Source of the DNA: Octopus sinensis
Taxonomy: Eukaryota
Direction: 5' to 3'
DNA: 64,000 bases
Assembly (NCBI RefSeq): GCF_006345805.1
Contig: NC_043014.1
Location: 14,818,001 to 14,882,000, forward strand
Below the pieces are notes generated by a model. The model was not told the origin of the DNA. It made no database searches and saw only the letters and a list, made by a program, of their open reading frames with translations. Position numbers and translations under genes: made by a program. This document shows positions 27,064 to 40,505 of the stretch, one piece after another. Positions within the stretch are counted from its first letter, which is position 1; every line of letters begins with the position of its first letter.

Positions 27064-27260
27064 AGAGGGTACTGAGAAGTTCCTGGTTTTAAAGGTATTG
27101 CATAAGGCCTGGTTGGAGGTCCAATCTTCCAAGTTCTTTTATATGGACTGCTGTAATAAGTGTGTGAATCTGAGAGGGGAATATGTTGGATAAAATCATA
27201 ATTAACTGAGCCTCATGTATTTTCTTTTACCCAAAGCCAGGAGTTTTTCAGCACCCCCTT
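27064..27260. mobile_element. Mariner-derived MITE; related decayed copy at ~8850-9040
   Basis: Imperfect TIRs GAGGG..CTGA.AAGTTCCTGG / CCAGGA.TTTTTCAGC.CCC. An internal NLRGEYV remnant resembles a mariner C-terminus. Confidence 0.55.
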
Positions 27261-27307
27261 GTGTGTGTGAATGTGTGTGTGTGTGTGTGTGTGTATGCAT
27301 GCATGTA

Positions 27308-27603
27308 TGTATACAGGGAGAATTCACAAAACAAAACAAAAGACGAAGACAGGTGGTGTAGACAACAAACAGATGTATTAGTATAACGCTTGGGAAGTGA
27401 AAAAGCCTTTAAGGTTTCGAGCCTATGCTCTTCCACAGAAAGGAGCACAGAAAGAAATTGTATAAAGGATTGTGGGTAAGGCCAGAACAATGTGAAGTAA
27501 ATGCAAGGCAAATCACAAGTAAACAAATATATGAATTAATGTAGACTTACCTTGCATTTAATATTTCGCATTGTTCTGGCCTTACCCATGATCCTTTATA
27601 CAA
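27308..27603 (-). mobile_element. PLE-terminus-like repeat, family B, with hammerhead-like motif (27406-27443) and a 5' inverted repeat
   Basis: CCTTT-CTGTGGA-A-GAGC-ATAG-GCTC-GAAAC-CTT-AAAGG. Inverted arms 27458-27508 / 27550-27603. Homologous to 54640-54800. Confidence 0.65.
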
Positions 27604-30600
27604 TATATTCTACGCAATGTTTCATAGTAATTATTCCATATATATATTAAGGTGATTCCCACTGAGCATTCTCAACTTCTCTCCTAAATGTGAGTAGCCC
27701 TGTAGCCGCTCTACAAGAAGAACCTGTCTACCAACCCCTTCTCTCAAGCTTTAACCCCTCATCTACTAGCATAGAGGTGCCTGCCTCCCCCACCTCAGGT
27801 TTTGTGGTCTTGTGCCAGGGGCACAAAAACTGCTCAGCAAATGCTGTAAATAGTAGGCATTTGAAAGGACATTCAGTCATAGAAACCATACCAAAAGAGA
27901 CACAAGTGTACAAAGGAGCCCTTAAACCCATCAGATCCTGTCGAACCTTATCATCCATGTCAGCATGGAACATGGACATTAGATGATGACAATGATGATG
28001 ATGCTATATAAGTGTGTGCATCTATATATATTTGTATATGAGCACAACACCCCCCGTCCAATGGACAGTGCTGAGTTGTCAAACATTTAAACCAATTTTC
28101 TCAAAACAACTTGTCCGACCGTCCCATAGGCCTCCCCTTTGAGAAATTTGAGACACCCAGCAAAAGAAGAAATAAAGATATACTTTTTTCTATCCCAAAG
28201 AAAAACGATTTTATTCACACAAATATGCAACCGAAGAGTTTAAAGTACCAGTAATGATAAGGCTGTTGACTGGGAGAACACAAACATGGTTTAAACAGTA
28301 AGCTTGGCAGGAAAGAAACATGCCTTTAAGCAGTACAAAAACAACAAAAAAAATGGAAGGTGCAGTTATGTACAGGTTGACGGAAGAAAAGCAGGACAAA
28401 AACTGCTTTATCGATTGCATTCTCACCTGGAATCGATTTTTGTAATTTTTTCAAGACTTATACACGCCCTGATACTGTCGGTATCTACATATCAAATTTG
28501 AGCGCAATCGGATGGAGGATGCCCGAGATCCTAGAAGACACGCACACAGACATACAGAACGGATTTTATATAATAGATATGTCTGTTGGTATGTATGTAT
28601 GATTTTTCTTTGAGTTTAATGTAAGTTCTTGAGAGAGTTCAAGCCAGTCACTAACAAAGCTAGTGAGTTAAGAGAGTTCCCAATGTTTGTGAATATATGG
28701 TTGAGTTGGTGTGTTAGTTGAACTGTCGATGCATACACCCAAGCATGTGCAACTATTCTCATAGAAATCTCAGATGTGGGTATCTTTTGGAAAGTCTTAC
28801 AAATCTTCATTGTGCCACTAATTAGATTGAATTTGGAGAATATGCATCAATTTCTTTTGTTCTTTCTCTGTGAAACTGAATATTTGTGGGTTTTTTGTGT
28901 AAATTTGTTGGTGTATGTATGTATGTGTATATATGTATTATTCTGCCGAGAATAATAAATTACAAAATTATCCAGCTGATTAGCCTGACAATAAGACAAA
29001 TATGTTTCTTATTGCGCACTTCTCAAAAGACAGAACTGTTTACAAGTGAGTTTCAACAACCTAATCAAAACACTGTTAAAACTACTAATTCCAAAGTTAT
29101 CTATTTTCTTAACAATACCAATTTATATAACAAGCACATATACACACAGGAAAATTTATATGACAGAGAACATACACATACAAACACACATGCTCATAAA
29201 TCCATACAGTTATGCTGTACAATTAAATATAATCACAATGGCATTTATTTTTTCAAGTACTCAGCATGCAAACAGAAGTGTGTGTATATAAAGACGTACA
29301 GATATATATTTACAAGCATGTATATATTACATGCAATCACAGTTGCCATCAGCTTTTTTAGCATTTTCTGTTCTATGATGGCTCTAATTACAGGAATCTC
29401 TGTCCATTCTAGAAACATTTTTTAATTGATGTCAGCTCACCATCCAGCTGCCAGTATACACATACATACTTATTTACATATACATATATACATGATCATT
29501 GCTGATTAACACACAGAAATGCATTGATCAAGGAGTATCTGAAGACCCAGTGGTGGTGTGTTAAGCTGAATAACTAAGCAAATCTACTTCCCCCATACAT
29601 ACTCTTTTATTCTTTTACTTGTTTCAGTCATTTGACCTTGGCCATGCTGGAGCACTGCCTTTAATCGAGCAACTCGACCCTGGGACTTATTCTTTTGTAA
29701 GCCCAGTACTTATTCTATCGGTCTCTTTTGCCGAACCGCTAAGTAACAGGGACATAAACACTCCAGCATCGGTTGTCAAGCAATGCTAGGGGAACAAACA
29801 CAGACACACAAACACACACACGCACATATATATATACATATATACGACAGGCTTCTTTCAGTTTCCGTCTACCAAATCCACTCACAAGGCTTTGGTCGGC
29901 CCGAGGCTATAGTAGAAGACACTTGCCCAAGGTGCCACGCAGTGGGACTGAACCCTGAACCATGTGGTTTGTAAACAAGCTACTTACCACGCAGCCACTC
30001 CTGCGCCTATACATACATAACTGGAACTGTACAAATCTGTAGAACTTTCCAGACATTTGTCATTTAAGTATCTATGAGCATGTCTAGACATGCAACTATA
30101 TGCATGAGAATACATACATAAAACAAAACATACAAATCTGCACATATGGTTGACACTCCGTCGGTTACGACGACGAGGGTTCCAGTTGATCCGATCAACG
30201 GAACAGCCTGCTTGTGAAATTAACGTGCAAGTGGCTGAGCACTCCACAGACATGTGTACCCTTAACATAGTTGTTGGGGAGATTCAGCATGACACAGAGT
30301 GTGACAAGGGTGGCCCTTTGAAATACAGGTAGAACAGAAACAGGAAGAAAGAGTGAGAGAAAGTTGTGGTGAAAGAGTACAGCAGGGCTCACCTCCCCCC
30401 CTGCCGGAGCCTTGTGAAACTTTAGGTGTTTTCGCTTAATAAACACTCACAACGCCCGGTCTGGGAATCGAAACCACGATCCCACGACCGCGAGTCCGCT
30501 GCCCTAACCACTGGGCTATTGTGCCTCCCTCTGCACATATATATACAAAAAATACCTGATATTGTTAAAATTTTAATGAAGGAGTCTTGGATCAATGTTC

Positions 30601-30958
30601 GAAAGCGGTTCTTTCTCTATTGGCATGAAATCTGGAAATAAAACTGAACAATGACATACATACATATATAGTGAAGGCAGATGGCCTAGTAGTTAGGGTA
30701 TTGCACTTATGAATGCTAGATTGTAAGTTCAATTCCTGGACCGAGTAGTGTGTTGTGTTCCTGAGCAAAACACTTCATTTCATGTTGTTCCAGTTCACTC
30801 AGGTGTAAATGGTAGCCCCATGACAAAGGGAATGGAGGAAAGTTGGCCTGTTCCCTTAGCCAGCGGGTTGGCATTATTTGAAAGCTAAAATGATGCAAGG
30901 TGCCTTATAACCAGTGATACAAAACAACATCTGATAGTCTGGTCATTCACGTGATATA

Positions 30959-30992
<34 letters not shown>

Positions 30993-30995
<3 letters not shown>

Positions 30996-31350
30996 AATGA
31001 AAGAATTATCGCTATGGACTCCGAGTGGGCAGTCATCTAAGAGTTTTTGTTCATCTTGATGCTGACATAAATTCCTTGTCTCTCCTGATGAGAAGGCAGC
31101 ATAATGCACCCCTTATTCCTTCGAAATTAGGAATATGCAGCCTTCGAAACATATGTCGAGAATAAAGGAATTTTGTTAAATCGTCGTTCAACTCCATTCT
31201 TTCATTTATTTGTATTAAAAAACACATAAATTTCCACACAAAAGCACGTGATCTCTGTCCTTGGCATGTAGCTTCAACCGTGTTTTTCTGACGTGAATTT
31301 GCTACCCGGGTATCGGTTAACCGAATTATCCATACTAGGATAATTCATTC
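30993..31350 (+). mobile_element. PLE terminal-repeat fragment (family A) with a 14-bp inverted terminus
   Basis: About 200 bp homologous to 62911-63115 in the opposite orientation. 30993-31006 is the reverse complement of 31196-31209. Flanked by (TA)n. Confidence 0.8.
31070..31172 (+). ncRNA. Type I hammerhead ribozyme, intact core (family A)
   Basis: TCTC(31081-84)-CTGATGA(31085-91)-GAAGGC...GCCTTC(31140-45)-GAAAC-ATAT-GTC(31155-57)-GAGA. Stem I is extended by AATTCCTT/AAGGAATT across a 3x3 internal loop. Confidence 0.9.
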
Positions 31351-31904
31351 AACTACTTATATATATATATAATATATATATATATATATACATATATCTA
31401 TCTATCTTATATATGTGTGTGTGTGTGTCTTTGTTTGTCCCCCAACACCACTTGACAACTGGTGCTGGTATGTTTATATCCTTATAAGTTAGAATAAATT
31501 CCAGGATCAACTGAAAATTCTTCAAGGCAGTGCCTCAGCATGGCTACAGCCTAATGGCTTAAACAAGTAAAAGATAATATATATATATATATATATACAT
31601 GGTTAATGAGAGCCGTCTCTCAACATAACGAACACTGTGAAAGTGACCATGCTTTATCAGTAAGCTACCGGGTATAAATGATTTGTTTTATTATCTAATA
31701 TCTAATTATTTTACTCTTTTACTTGTTTCAGTCATTTGACTGTGGCCATGCAGGAGCACAACCTTGTAGTCGAGCAAATCGACCCCAGGACTTATTCTTT
31801 GTAAGCCTAGTACTAAGTATCAGTCTCTTTCACCGAACTACTAAGTTACAGGGATGCAAACACACCACCATCGGTTTTCAAGCGATGTTGGGGGACAAAC
31901 ACAG

Positions 31905-31957
<53 letters not shown>

Positions 31958-32215
31958 TATATACAACGGACTTCTTTCAGTTTCCATCTACCAAATTCAC
32001 TCACAAGGCTTTGGTCGGACCGAGGCTATAGTAGAAGACACTTGCCCAAGGTGCGATGCAGTGGGACTGAACCCAGAACCATGTGGTTGGTAAGCAAGCT
32101 ACTGACCACACACCCACACCTGCGCCTATGTATATATATATATATATGCTTTATTTAAAGCAGCAGAAAATTCTACAAAACCTGTTACTCTGAGTTTCGC
32201 GTTGCCGTTTACTCC

Positions 32216-32256
<41 letters not shown>

Positions 32257-32788
32257 CCACACACATACACACATGTGTATGTCTGTACATGTATGCATGT
32301 GATTGCATCTCCTTATTGCTTGCTAGCTGTAAACAAGTGTCACTGTCACACAAGCATTCATGTTATACATTCCTGACCATTGGGGAAATATTACCTTGTT
32401 TAGAGACCTGTGAGGGTTTAGCAACAGGAAGGGCAATCTGGCTGTGGAAAATCCACTTGGAGAAACTCCGTCCAACCCATACAAGCATGAAAAAAATGGA
32501 CATTAAAACAACGACGATAATGATAATGAAGATGATGATGGTGATGACGAAGATGATGACAGCAAAAGAGTGAATGTTTTGCATAACCATGCGATATAAC
32601 TTAACTGCTTTGTGTGTAATTATGTAATACAACTTATATCAAATCTGTTTCTGTAGTTGATGTAAATTATGTAAATAAACATAGGATGAGTTGTATAAAT
32701 GACCTAACACAAATTTGTCTAATTTTGTCTTTGACAACTACTTGTTTATTTCAGACACCACCTGCAACAAATATACATATATACACAG

Positions 32789-32821
<33 letters not shown>

Positions 32822-33803
32822 ATATATATATTATATGTAGAAAAATACAAACTGGGACAAGAACGTAAAACATTTAGAAGACGATACAAAAAACACGGAC
32901 GGGACATTCGAAGCCTTCAATCTTCAGTCAAGAACCGGATCATCCTAGCAATTTCGGCTGATTAATCTTCAGATCGCTCCGATCCGGCCAGCCCCAAGGA
33001 AAACACTAAGCTACGAGCATTAGATTTCTTGGAAAAAGGATCGAATGTATACGAAACAAGGACAGAAAAACGGACGATGCCACACGAATATAAATACAAA
33101 AAACAATAAAGTAAAAACAGGAAAAAAACAGCGGGTGTCTTACGGCTAATAGACAGTACAACTTTGTTTAGCTGGTGTATTTGGAAAAAAATGCCTTTTT
33201 CGGCAGACAAAGACAATGATGTTCTCATGGCGCTGGTTAGAAGCCTGAAGGCTGGTTGACCAGCGGTCATGTGAGAGGAGAAGAGAGAGAAAAAAAAGGG
33301 GGCAAAGTAATCAAAGAGAGAGAGAAAAAGAGGGACGAAGGCAACAAAGGGGGGAGAAGAGAGAGAAGGAAGGAATTAAAGAGGGGAGAAGAAGGAGAGT
33401 GCCAAGGATTGGCTTGGCGACAGAATCAGTGAGTGCAAAGTGAGAAAGACAGAGAAATGTGAGAGAGTGGGGGAAGAGTAGACCAAAGAATCAGAGGCAA
33501 GAAAAGAGAAAGGGAGGAGGAGAAGTAGAGAGAGAGAGAGAGAAAGAGACAGATCAAAGTAGAGTGCAAAGTGTGAAAGGCAGAGAAATGTAGGAGAGAG
33601 AGTAAGGAATATGTACTTACATAAGGCCAAATATAAACATTTTTTAGTAATGAGATAAAAAACCAAGGCTGTGTAGAGACCAACAGGACAAGTTGCAGAC
33701 ATAATAAAAATAAAGTGGTGCCCCAGCGTGGCCGCAGTTCAAAGACTGAAACAAGTAAAAGACAAGAAATAAAAGAGAAAAAGATATAAAACCAGAAACC
33801 AAC

Positions 33804-34113
33804 CTCCAAAATTGTCTTCATCAAGATCTGCATCCTTTTTGTCTCCAGAAGAAAGATTCTGTTTTCTCAAGGAAGATTTCAGACCAGCAATAAGTTCAGC
33901 AAGCAGTTTCTGGAGTTGAGGGTCCATCAGCTGATTCCAGTTTGTGTCCTCAAGAAATACTGGGGCATAAAGGCTTTTGATGACATGGTAGAATGTATTG
34001 AAAGGGGAATCAATGATGGAAGAGATACAGATGTTATTGTGTAGGTTATCAGGAGTTATAACTTCCAGTCTTAGCTTGAAGAATATTAAAACCTCTGACG
34101 GTACTCTGTCAAC
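33804..34113 (-). CDS. DYNC2H1: DYNC2H1 coding exon 2 (310 nt; VDRVPSEVLIFFKLRLEVITPDNLHNNI...DPQLQKLLAELIAGL...DEDNFG)
   Basis: Matches vertebrate VLVFFKLRPEVITDENLHDNI...DPKLQNLLSELEAGL as recalled. AG acceptor at 34115-34114, GT donor at 33803 (phase 1). In frame with the previous exon. Confidence 0.95.
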
Positions 34114-35237
34114 CTAGATTGTGAAAAAAGAAAAGATATTTTGATGTAAACCTAGGTTTATATCACAAAGGAATAAAAAAAAATATAGACATGGCTGTGT
34201 GGTAAGAAGCTTGCTTCCCACATAGTTGCAGGTTCAGTCCCACTCTGTGGCACCTTGGATTGACCAAAACCTTTGTGAGTGGATTTGGTAGACAGAAACT
34301 GAGAAAAGCACATTTAATATATTCTCTCTTTTCTCTTTTCTCTTCTACTTGTTTCAGTCATTTGACTGCGGCCATGCTGAAGCACCGCCTTTTAATTGAG
34401 CAACTCAACCCCGGGACTTATTCTTTGTAAGCCCAGTACTTATTCTATCGGTATCTTTTTGCCGAACCGCTAAGTGACGGGGACATAAACACACCAGCAT
34501 CGGTTGTCAAGCAATGCTAGGAGGACAAACACACACACACATACATACACACATATATATATACATATATACGACAGGCTTCTTTCAGTTTCCATCTACC
34601 AAATCCACTCACAAGGCTTTGGTCGGCCCGAGGCTATAGTAGAAGACACTTGCCCAAGGTGCCACGCAGTGAGACTGAACCCGGAACCATGAGGTTGGTA
34701 AACAAGCTACTTACCACACAGCCACTCATATATCAATAATAATAATATGGTAATATAATTCTCTCCCTGATAGTAAACTGCAGTTTCTGTGGAATTTTAC
34801 TCATTGGCACACGTGGGTGAGTGAGGAGGAAAGCGAGATCTCATTTGTCTGTTTGAATTCAGCAGTACTGGTCTTTGGAAATAAGCTGTTTGATGTTGCT
34901 TGGTCAAATACGTATGTTAATTATCAGTGCTCTCAAATTTAAAATTTGAATTACTGTGCTGATGGGGAGAATGAGAGAGCAGAAATATGATTTTACATTT
35001 TTCACATCTCTCTAATTCCGAAACGAATATACAGTTAATCAGAGCCTGGTAGATTCGTTATTTTTTTCTCTTTACCTGTGTGGGTTGTTGAGTATTGCTG
35101 TCTGGGAGATATCTTATAGTAGTAAAATAGTAGTTTTTAGCTGCTATTTCTAAATTTTGGTATGTGGTGAAGCAAATTTTGCTGAATCCTAATTATAATT
35201 ATACTCATAATTATAGAATTTATATACATATATCATA

Positions 35238-36708
35238 TTCGTTTAACATCCGCTTTCCATGCTAGCATGGGTTGGACAGTTCAACTGGGGTCTGGGAAGC
35301 CTGAAGGCTGCACCAGGCCAGTCAGATCTGGCAGTGTTTCTACAGCTGGATGCCCTTCCTAACGCCAACCACTCCGAGAGTGTAGTGGGTGATTTTATGT
35401 GCCACCGACACAGGTGCCAGACGAGGCTGGTGAACGGCCATGCTTGGATGGTGTTTTTTACGTGCCACCAGCACGTAGGCCAGTCAATGCGGTACTGGCT
35501 ATGGCCACGTTCGGATGGTTTTCGTATGTGCCACCACAAAACTACAAATTCCATTAATGTTCATCAAGTTTGCTTTTGATTTTGTCCATTTTCACTTGCC
35601 TCAACAGGTCTTCACAAGTAGAGTTATGTCTCCCAAGAAGGAAGGTATGCATAGGTGCACTGACTATGTTCCAGGTAGGGGCCATGGGTTATGGCCTCAC
35701 TTGTCCAGCCGGGTCTTCTCACGCACAGCATACTTCCAAAGGTCTCGGTCTCTGGTCATTTCCTCGGTGAGACCTAAAGAGCGAAGGTCGTTCTTCACCA
35801 CCTCGTCCCAGGTTTTCCTGGGTCTGCCTCTTCCACAGGTTCCCTCAACCGCCAGGGCGTGGCACTTTTTCACACAACTATCTTCATCCATTCTTACTAC
35901 GTGTCCATACCAGCGTAGACGCCTCTCTTGCACACCACATCTGATGCTTCTTAGGTCCAACTTTTCTCTCAAGGCACTTACACTCTGTCTGGTATGAACA
36001 CTGACATTACACATCCAACGGAGCATACTGGCTTCATTTCTTGCAAGCTTACGCATATCCTCAGCAGTCACGGCCCTTGTTTCACTGCCATGTAGCATGG
36101 CTGTTCGCACACATGCGTCATACAGTCTGCCTTTTACGCTGAGCAAGAGGCCTTTTGTCACCAGCAGGGGTAAGAGCTCTCTGAACTTTGCCCAGGCTAT
36201 TCTTACTCTAGCAGTTACACTTTCGGCACACCCACCCTCGCTACTGACTTGGTCACCTAGGTAACAGAAACTATCAACTATTTTAAGTTTTTCTCCCTGG
36301 AATGTGGCGGAAGATGGTCTCTGCGCACTTTCAGTGTTTATTGCACCAGAGCATCTGCCACATACAAAAACTATTTTCCTAGTTAGCCTTCCTTTGACAT
36401 TGCTGCACCTCTTATGTGTCCATAGCTTACACTTCGTGCATCTTATAGAGTTCCTACCTATGCCTTTTCTACAGATCGAGCAGGGCCATCTACCTGATGG
36501 CGTTTGAAATTTGTCTACCTTCCTACTTATTAGGACTTTGGTTTTAGCTAGATTGACTCTAAGGCCCTTCGATTCTAATCCTTGCTTCCACACCTGAAAC
36601 TTCTCCTCGAGTTCCGATAGTGATTCAGCAATTAGAGCAAGGTCATCAGCATAGAGGAGCTCCCAGGGGCATCCTGTCTTGAATTCCTCCGTTATTGCCT
36701 GGAGGACT

Positions 36709-36710
<2 letters not shown>
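35238..36710 (-). mobile_element. 5'-truncated RTE-clade LINE with complete 3' UTR
   Basis: LLYADD at ~36650. ORF 35697-36593 (VNLAKTK...YLG...RRLRWYGHVVRM...RGRPRKTW) includes a Cys-rich insert. The 3' UTR is the abundant GGAAGGGCATCCAGCTGTAGAAA repeat. Confidence 0.92.
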
Positions 36711-36751
<41 letters not shown>

Positions 36752-37384
36752 ATATATATACACGTATGTATGTATGTGGTGTATATGTCTTTGTGCCTGT
36801 TTTGTTGTCCCATCACTGCTTGACAACTGGTGTTAGGGTGTTTATGTCCCCATAACTTAGCAATTTTGCAAAAAGACCGATAGAATAAGTACTAGTCTTA
36901 AAAAATAAGTACTGGGGTTGACTTATTTGACTAAAACCCCCTCAAGGCTGTGCTCCAGCATGGCTACTGTCAGATGACTGAAATGAGTAAAAGAATAAAA
37001 CAGAATAAACTGCATCAAAAAATTGTCAGAATATTCTGTGGATTGCAGAAGTATAACTAATTCATTGCACATAAAGTTTAACAACAAAATCTTATAATGA
37101 ACTCCCAAGGGTCATGTGGACCCCAGTTGAGAACTACTGATATAGGTTATAAATTAGTTCAGATAGTTGGTCTTTCCCCATTGTTGTTCAACAGTATTGC
37201 AGACACAGTAACCTAACCCCTCTGCTGTGCTTGAGCTGTTTCCAGAAGCAAATGCCTCAACTCAAACACTCTTATCATCTCTCCACTCATGCATATACCA
37301 TGAAGGAAAGACAAGTCAATACATCTACAGCATCAATGAAGACACAGGAGATGCCAAATATTGGTTAAGTATAACCATATAGTG

Positions 37385-37718
37385 AAGGCGCATGGCTCAG
37401 TGGTTAGAGCGTCGAGCTTACGATCGTGAGGTTGTGAGTTGAAATCCTAGACTGGCTACATGTTGTGTTCTTGAGCAAGACACTTTATTTCACGTTGCTC
37501 CAGTTCACTCAGCTGTAGAAATGAGTTGCGACATCACTGGTGCCAAGCTGTATCGGCCTTTGCCTTTCCCATGAATAACATCAGTGGCGTGAAGAGGGGA
37601 CGCTGATATGCCTGGGCGACTGCTGGTCTTCCATAAACAACCTTGCCTGGACTTGTGCCTGAGAGGGTAACTTCCTAGGTGCAATCCCATGGTCAGTCAT
37701 GACCGAAGGGGGTCTCAG
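37385..37718 (+). mobile_element. tRNA-derived SINE, third family; copy at 62492-62788
   Basis: GGCGCATGGCTCAGTGGTT A box, B-box-like segment and a TTGAGCAAGACAC...CCAGTTCACTCAGCTG body. Confidence 0.8.
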
Positions 37719-39139
37719 CATAACCATATGTACCTGCCTTAGGGTCCCGCTATCCAGACTATCTATAGGGGTTTACTCCTTGATTTCTTTCTAAATGCTC
37801 AATAGATTACACCCCCACAAGGTAACAGGAGATTATTTTTGTAGTGGGTATGGTTTTTGTGCTGAGCCAGTCCCAGTCTCCCATCCTATGTTTGGGTCTG
37901 GTGCAACAAGTGCTACAAGCCCAACAGTTATCAGGAAATAGGGTTTGTATGGAGTTACCTTCTCTTTGATGAGCAGCTAAAGTGCCGAAGTGTCTCAACT
38001 GCCCTGGGTTCATTTAGGTGTGAGTGACATTCTCAAGGCAATTCAGTGATATGCTAATTAACTTACAGCTGGTACCCAGACAGAGGCTACTAATTTAGGT
38101 CAGTGTAGACCTGAACAACAGCGGTCAGTTAGTGGTTTCTCATGGCTCAAAGCTCTAGAGCAACCAAATCAGGACCCTGCTAGTGAATACAGTTTAAAGT
38201 CATAATGACCTGATCCTCTATTTATAAATACTTGTCTGGTCATGGAAAGACTTAGTTCAATGACTAATATTGTTTTATCATTTGAAGAAATATGGGAGGC
38301 AACTCCATACACGTTTTAGTCTTATTAGACTTCCTCAGTGAAACAGACTTCAGTGCACTTCTCAAAATAGTGATGAGATAATCACTGTATAGATGTATAA
38401 TATTAGATCTAAATAGGTATGTAAAGTTACCAAATTTAAGAAAATAAATCCATTTTACCAGATTAATACATAATCTCCCTCTGAAATCTTCAAACCCAAC
38501 ATCATACTGTTTCTTTATCCTATATGTTCCAGCCTCATTATAGCTCTTCTTCTCATCTTAATGGATGCTTTTGAAATTACCCAATCTGCCTGAGATTTTG
38601 TTAGTCAATATCCATGTTATTTCTCTCCCTAGGCTATATAGGTTCAAAGGCTGCAACATGCTCCAGTAACTGCTTTGGTATGATTTCTTTTTTTTTTTTT
38701 TTTTTGCCCACGAGGAGCTAAACATAGAGGGGACAAACAAGGACAGACAAAGGGATTAAGTCGATTATATTGACTCCAGTGTGTAAATGGTATTTATTTA
38801 ATTGACCCTAAGAGGATGAAAGGCAAAGTCGACCTCGGTGGAATTTGAACTCAGAAATATTGCTAAGCATTTCGCCCAGCGTGCTAACGATTCTGCCAGT
38901 TCGATGGTATGATTTCTAAGGCTGGATGCTCTTTCTAATGTCTTCCACTATAGACCACATACTGGATGTTTTCTTTTTTTTTTTTTTTGCATGCCATAAG
39001 CACTAGTGAAATAACCACACAGCTCAAAAGACTACGAACCCCAAGAGATGAGGACCAGCTTTACTTTATGAATATCTGAGATCAGATTTTATAAATGAGA
39101 AAATAAGGAACAACTTGAACAGGTAACCATTAAACTTAC

Positions 39140-39325
39140 GCTATTGTTGAACAATATTTGCTTTGTGTTGCTTTTAACATAACAAGACAAGATGGTTGTA
39201 CTCTCATCATCAAGGAAGTTATTGAGGCTTTCACTCTGGTACAAGACATCGTTATCTTTCGGCTGGACGTTGAAATGATTAACTACAGATGTCAGTATAA
39301 ATTCTTTACGGGAATCTCCAGCCAT
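39140..39325 (-). CDS. DYNC2H1: Cytoplasmic dynein 2 heavy chain 1, first coding exon (62 aa, MAGDSRKEFILT...LFNNS)
   Basis: Resembles the DYNC2H1 N-terminus (RK.FI.T...LNNFLDD). Donor AGC|GTAAGT at 39139 (phase 0). A polypyrimidine tract plus AG lies 5 nt upstream of the ATG, so the exon starts at 39330. Confidence 0.92.
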
Positions 39326-40470
39326 GTTTTCTATTCAAGAAGAAAAAAAAGAAGAAATATAAGAAAAGCAATTTAGTTTATATTATTATTGTTGAGAGTA
39401 AGAGAGCAAACTAGCTTTCCTTTCGTAAGTCCTAAGTTACTAAAGTAGTTGAAAAAAAAACTGGGACTGTATACCATATATGATGCATGGACGTCATGGA
39501 AATGTCCTGTATATTACAGGTGACACACGGGGTAAGCAAAGGGACTGGTATTTCATTTTATTGAGACCCAAAATAATGAAAAGCAAAGTTGTCCTCGGCA
39601 GGACTCGACCTTACAACATAAACGTCTACAATATGTGATGTCTGGCGCTCTAATGATTCTAACAAACGACCATCTCTAAAATTAAACAATCCTGGTACCT
39701 ATTTCACCGAACCGATGAAACATAGAAGACAAAGTGGACTTGCGCGACTCGAACTCAGAAGGAGAAGGGACGCAACTAAATATTTATCGCAAGGCACTTT
39801 GTCCACCTCAACTGATTCTGCTGAGCCATCGGAATGGTGATGCAACTTTGTTTCAGAGAAAAACGTTAAGTCGACAAAAAAACCAAAGGAAAATGCAATA
39901 TTAATAAAACTGGGGAATAACCGATTTAGATCAATGAATATCTCATGTCTAGAACGACATTAAAGAAAAAGAAAATAACAAATCTGTTTATTGTCCATGA
40001 ACAAGTTATAAAATTTTATACAGTCAGTCACCTCATACATTTTTATAAAATAAAAATAAAACTTCAACCGACGGTATTATAATCATTAGATCTTACGGTG
40101 CAATATACACATGAATAACTATAGTATAAAACGAAGGAAAAAATTACTTTCTACGATTTTTTTATATTCCTTTAACTTCTAAATTTTGTTTTCCATTTCA
40201 CACAAAAAGACTTCATATACTGTAAAATTATTCAACACTATCGTAAGAATGTTATTTTGAATTTCACTGTGTCAAAGTAAAATTAATGAAAGAGGTTAAG
40301 TTCGGCTAGCACTGAAAGTGCTTGGTTGTTAAAGTTAAATGAATAACTTTAATTATTTGCAATATATAACTTTAAAACAACTGTTAATCTAGTTACGAAA
40401 AGTTGTAATTTGTCAGTTAATTTCTAACTTTAACGATTACCCAAACAAGTAATTTAGTCACAAATAAAAT

Positions 40471-40489
<19 letters not shown>

Positions 40490-40505
<16 letters not shown>

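Noticed and set aside
28030-28577. Helitron/HINE-like element
   Set aside because: A TC-start and microsatellite-like 5' end are visible on the minus strand, but there is no convincing CTRR 3' end, so it is not called.
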